Positions 62,208 to 64,000 of a stretch of 64,000 bases of DNA are shown here, piece after piece; position 1 is the first letter of the stretch; every line of letters starts with the position of its first letter. The position numbers and the translations under genes were made by a program. The DNA is from Pseudomonadota bacterium (GTDB lineage: Bacteria; Pseudomonadota; Gammaproteobacteria; Steroidobacterales; Steroidobacteraceae): the NCBI GenBank assembly GCA_018241525.1, contig JAFEDR010000013.1, positions 9,170 through 73,169 of the forward strand. The letters are read 5' to 3'. Under the pieces are notes generated by a model. It was not told the origin of the DNA. It saw only the letters and a program-made list of their open reading frames with translations, and did not search any database.

Positions 62208-64000
62208 TCAGAACTTCCCGTAATAGCCTTCCTTGAGGGCGTCGAAGAGGTTGGCGGCGGAGTGGGTCTCGCCGTCGTACTCGATCTCCTCGTCGCCGCG
62301 CACCTTGACCTCCGTCCCGTCTTCCAGCGTGAAGACGTAGAACGTGTTCTTGAGGTCGTCCTCCTTGACCAGCACGCCCTGGAAGGCGTCCGGGTTGAAG
62401 CGGAACGTCGTGCAGCCCTTGAGCCCCTGCTCGTAGGCGTACAGGTAGATGTCCTTGAACGCGTCGTACTTGAAGTCGGTCGGCACGTTCGCGGTCTTCG
62501 AGATGCTCGAGTCGATCCACTTCTGCGCCGCCGCCTGGATGTCGACGTGCTGCGTCGGCGTCACGTGGTCGGTGGTCACGAAGTAGTCCGGCAGCTGCTC
62601 CTCGGCCTTGGTCGCACCGGGCATCGCGCGCGGGTTGACGAGGTGGCGGTAGGCCAGCAGCTCGTAGGAGTAGACGTCGATCTTCTCCTTGGTCTTGCGG
62701 CCCGGCCGGATCACGTTGCGGAAGTAGTGGTGCGCGAACGTCGGCTCGATGCCATTGGAGGCGTTGTTCGCGAGCGACAGCGAGATCGTGCCGGTCGGGG
62801 CGATCGAGCTGTGATGCGTGAAGCGCGCACCGCTGGTCGCCAGCTGCTCGACGAGCTGCGGCGCGACCTGCGCGACGCGCTGCATGTAGCGGCTGTAGCG
62901 CGCGTGCAGGATGCGGCCCGGGACCTTCTGGCCGACCTTCCAGCCGTCGCGCACCATCTCCGGGCGCTGCCGCAGCATGCGCGCGGTCACCGTGAACTCC
63001 TCGTTCATGATCGGCGCCGGGCCCTTCTCGCGCGCGAGCTCGAGTCCCGCCTCCCAGCCGGCGATCGCCATCTCGCGCGAGACCGCCTCGGTGAACTGCA
63101 CCGACTCCTTCGAGCCGTACTGCATGCCGAGCATGGTGATCGCGGAGCCGAGGCCGAGGAAGCCCATGCCATGGCGGCGCTTGCGCATGATCTCCTGGCG
63201 CTGGCCCTCGAGCGGCAGGCCGTTGATCTCGACCACGTTGTCGAGCATGCGCGTGAAGATCTTCACAACCTCGCGATACTCGTCCCAGTCAAACGTGGCG
63301 TCGGCCGTGAACGGATGCGTGACGAAGCGCGTGAGGTTCACCGAGCCAAGCAGGCACGAACCGTACGGCGGTAGCGGCTGCTCGCCGCAAGGGTTGGTGG
63401 CGCGGATGTTCTCGCACCACCAGTTGTTGTTCATCTCGTTGACGCGGTCGATCAGCACGAAGCCGGGCTCGGCGAAATCGTACGTCGACGACATGATGAC
63501 GTCCCACATGCGCCGGGCCGGGACCGTCTTGTAGATCTTGCAGCAGACGAGCCCGTCGTCGCGCGTGACGTATTGCTCGGTGGTCGGCCACTCGCGCCAG
63601 ACGTACTTGCTCGCGTCGGTCAGGTCCGGCTGGTCCGCCGCGTACTCCTTCTTCGACAGCGGGAACGCGAGGTTCCAGGGCCCGTCGGCCTTCACCGCCT
63701 CGATGAACTCGTCGGTGACCAGCAGCGACAGGTTGAACTGCCGCAGCCGGCCGTTCTCGCGCTTGGCGCGGATGAACTCCATCGCGTCCGGATGGCCGAT
63801 GTCGAACGTGCCCATCTGCGCGCCGCGACGGCCGCCGGCCGAGGACACGGTGAAGCACATCTTGTCGTAGATATCCATGAACGACAGCGGCCCGGAGGTG
63901 TAGGCGCCGGCGCCGGAGACGTAGGCGCCGCGCGGGCGCAGCGTCGAGAACTCGTAGCCGATGCCGCAACCCGCCTTCAGCGTGAGCCCGGCCTCGTGCA
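62208..64000 (-). CDS. nrdJa: Class II (adenosylcobalamin-dependent) ribonucleotide reductase, N-terminal polypeptide NrdJa (5' part beyond window end)
   Basis: ORF 62208..63878. Hand translation shows the frame stays open to 64000 (...EAGLTLKAGCGIGYEFSTLRPRGAYVSGAGAYTSGPLSFMDIYDKM...). The active-site block is ATNPCGEQPLPPYGSCLLGS, with SISKTANVP also present. Confidence 0.92.
   Translation of the reverse strand, partial: HEAGLTLKAGCGIGYEFSTLRPRGAYVSGAGAYTSGPLSFMDIYDKMCFTVSSAGGRRGAQMGTFDIGHPDAMEFIRAKRENGRLRQFNLSLLVTDEFIEAVKADGPWNLAFPLSKKEYAADQPDLTDASKYVWREWPTTEQYVTRDDGLVCCKIYKTVPARRMWDVIMSSTYDFAEPGFVLIDRVNEMNNNWWCENIRATNPCGEQPLPPYGSCLLGSVNLTRFVTHPFTADATFDWDEYREVVKIFTRMLDNVVEINGLPLEGQRQEIMRKRRHGMGFLGLGSAITMLGMQYGSKESVQFTEAVSREMAIAGWEAGLELAREKGPAPIMNEEFTVTARMLRQRPEMVRDGWKVGQKVPGRILHARYSRYMQRVAQVAPQLVEQLATSGARFTHHSSIAPTGTISLSLANNASNGIEPTFAHHYFRNVIRPGRKTKEKIDVYSYELLAYRHLVNPRAMPGATKAEEQLPDYFVTTDHVTPTQHVDIQAAAQKWIDSSISKTANVPTDFKYDAFKDIYLYAYEQGLKGCTTFRFNPDAFQGVLVKEDDLKNTFYVFTLEDGTEVKVRGDEEIEYDGETHSAANLFDALKEGYYGKF

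Overview
Very GC-rich chromosomal segment (about 70% by eye, not computed), probably from a gammaproteobacterium. This is judged from Pseudomonas/Xanthomonadales-type synteny: pilG-H-I-J-chpA-chpC divergent from gshB-tonB3-algH-ruvX-pyrB, and pilT-pilU divergent from yggS-proC-yggT-yggU. I call 62 protein-coding genes (2 cut by the window edges), one cobalamin riboswitch, one sigma-32-type promoter and three hairpin terminators. I saw no rRNA, tRNA, CRISPR array, transposase, integrase or prophage signal. Coding density is very high, and adjacent genes often share 4-nt GTGA/ATGA stop-start overlaps, which I used as operon evidence. Many long ORFs in the supplied track are Arg/Ala/Pro/Gly-rich out-of-frame or antisense shadows typical of high-GC DNA, and I rejected them. 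No clear-cut new system (defence island, toxin module, RiPP cluster) can be demonstrated from sequence alone; the window reads mostly as core chromosome. The best candidates for something undescribed are: (1) a tightly coupled string of MltD-like lytic transglycosylase, small lipoprotein and L-amino-acid-ligase-like ATP-grasp enzyme, followed by an L,D-transpeptidase (54.7-59.2 kb); (2) a Pil-Chp twitching chemosensory cluster whose PilJ receptor has no periplasmic sensor domain and which lacks pilK/chpB, together with three tandem PilT/PilU-type ATPases; (3) an orphan ParA-like ATPase butted stop-to-stop against a small basic protein; (4) tandem Tat-signal amidase paralogs; (5) a secreted mini-protein with a strict Trp pentad repeat, a His-rich segment and a PXPV tail; (6) an Imm26-like orphan gene after ampDE; (7) pyrB followed by a PyrK-like Fe-S flavoprotein instead of pyrC'. 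A vitamin-B12 theme runs through the window: riboswitch-btuB-pduO, dispersed btuE/btuC/btuD-like genes and a split B12-dependent NrdJ. All functional calls rest on motifs I recognised by eye. No searches or computations were run, and start codons are best guesses.
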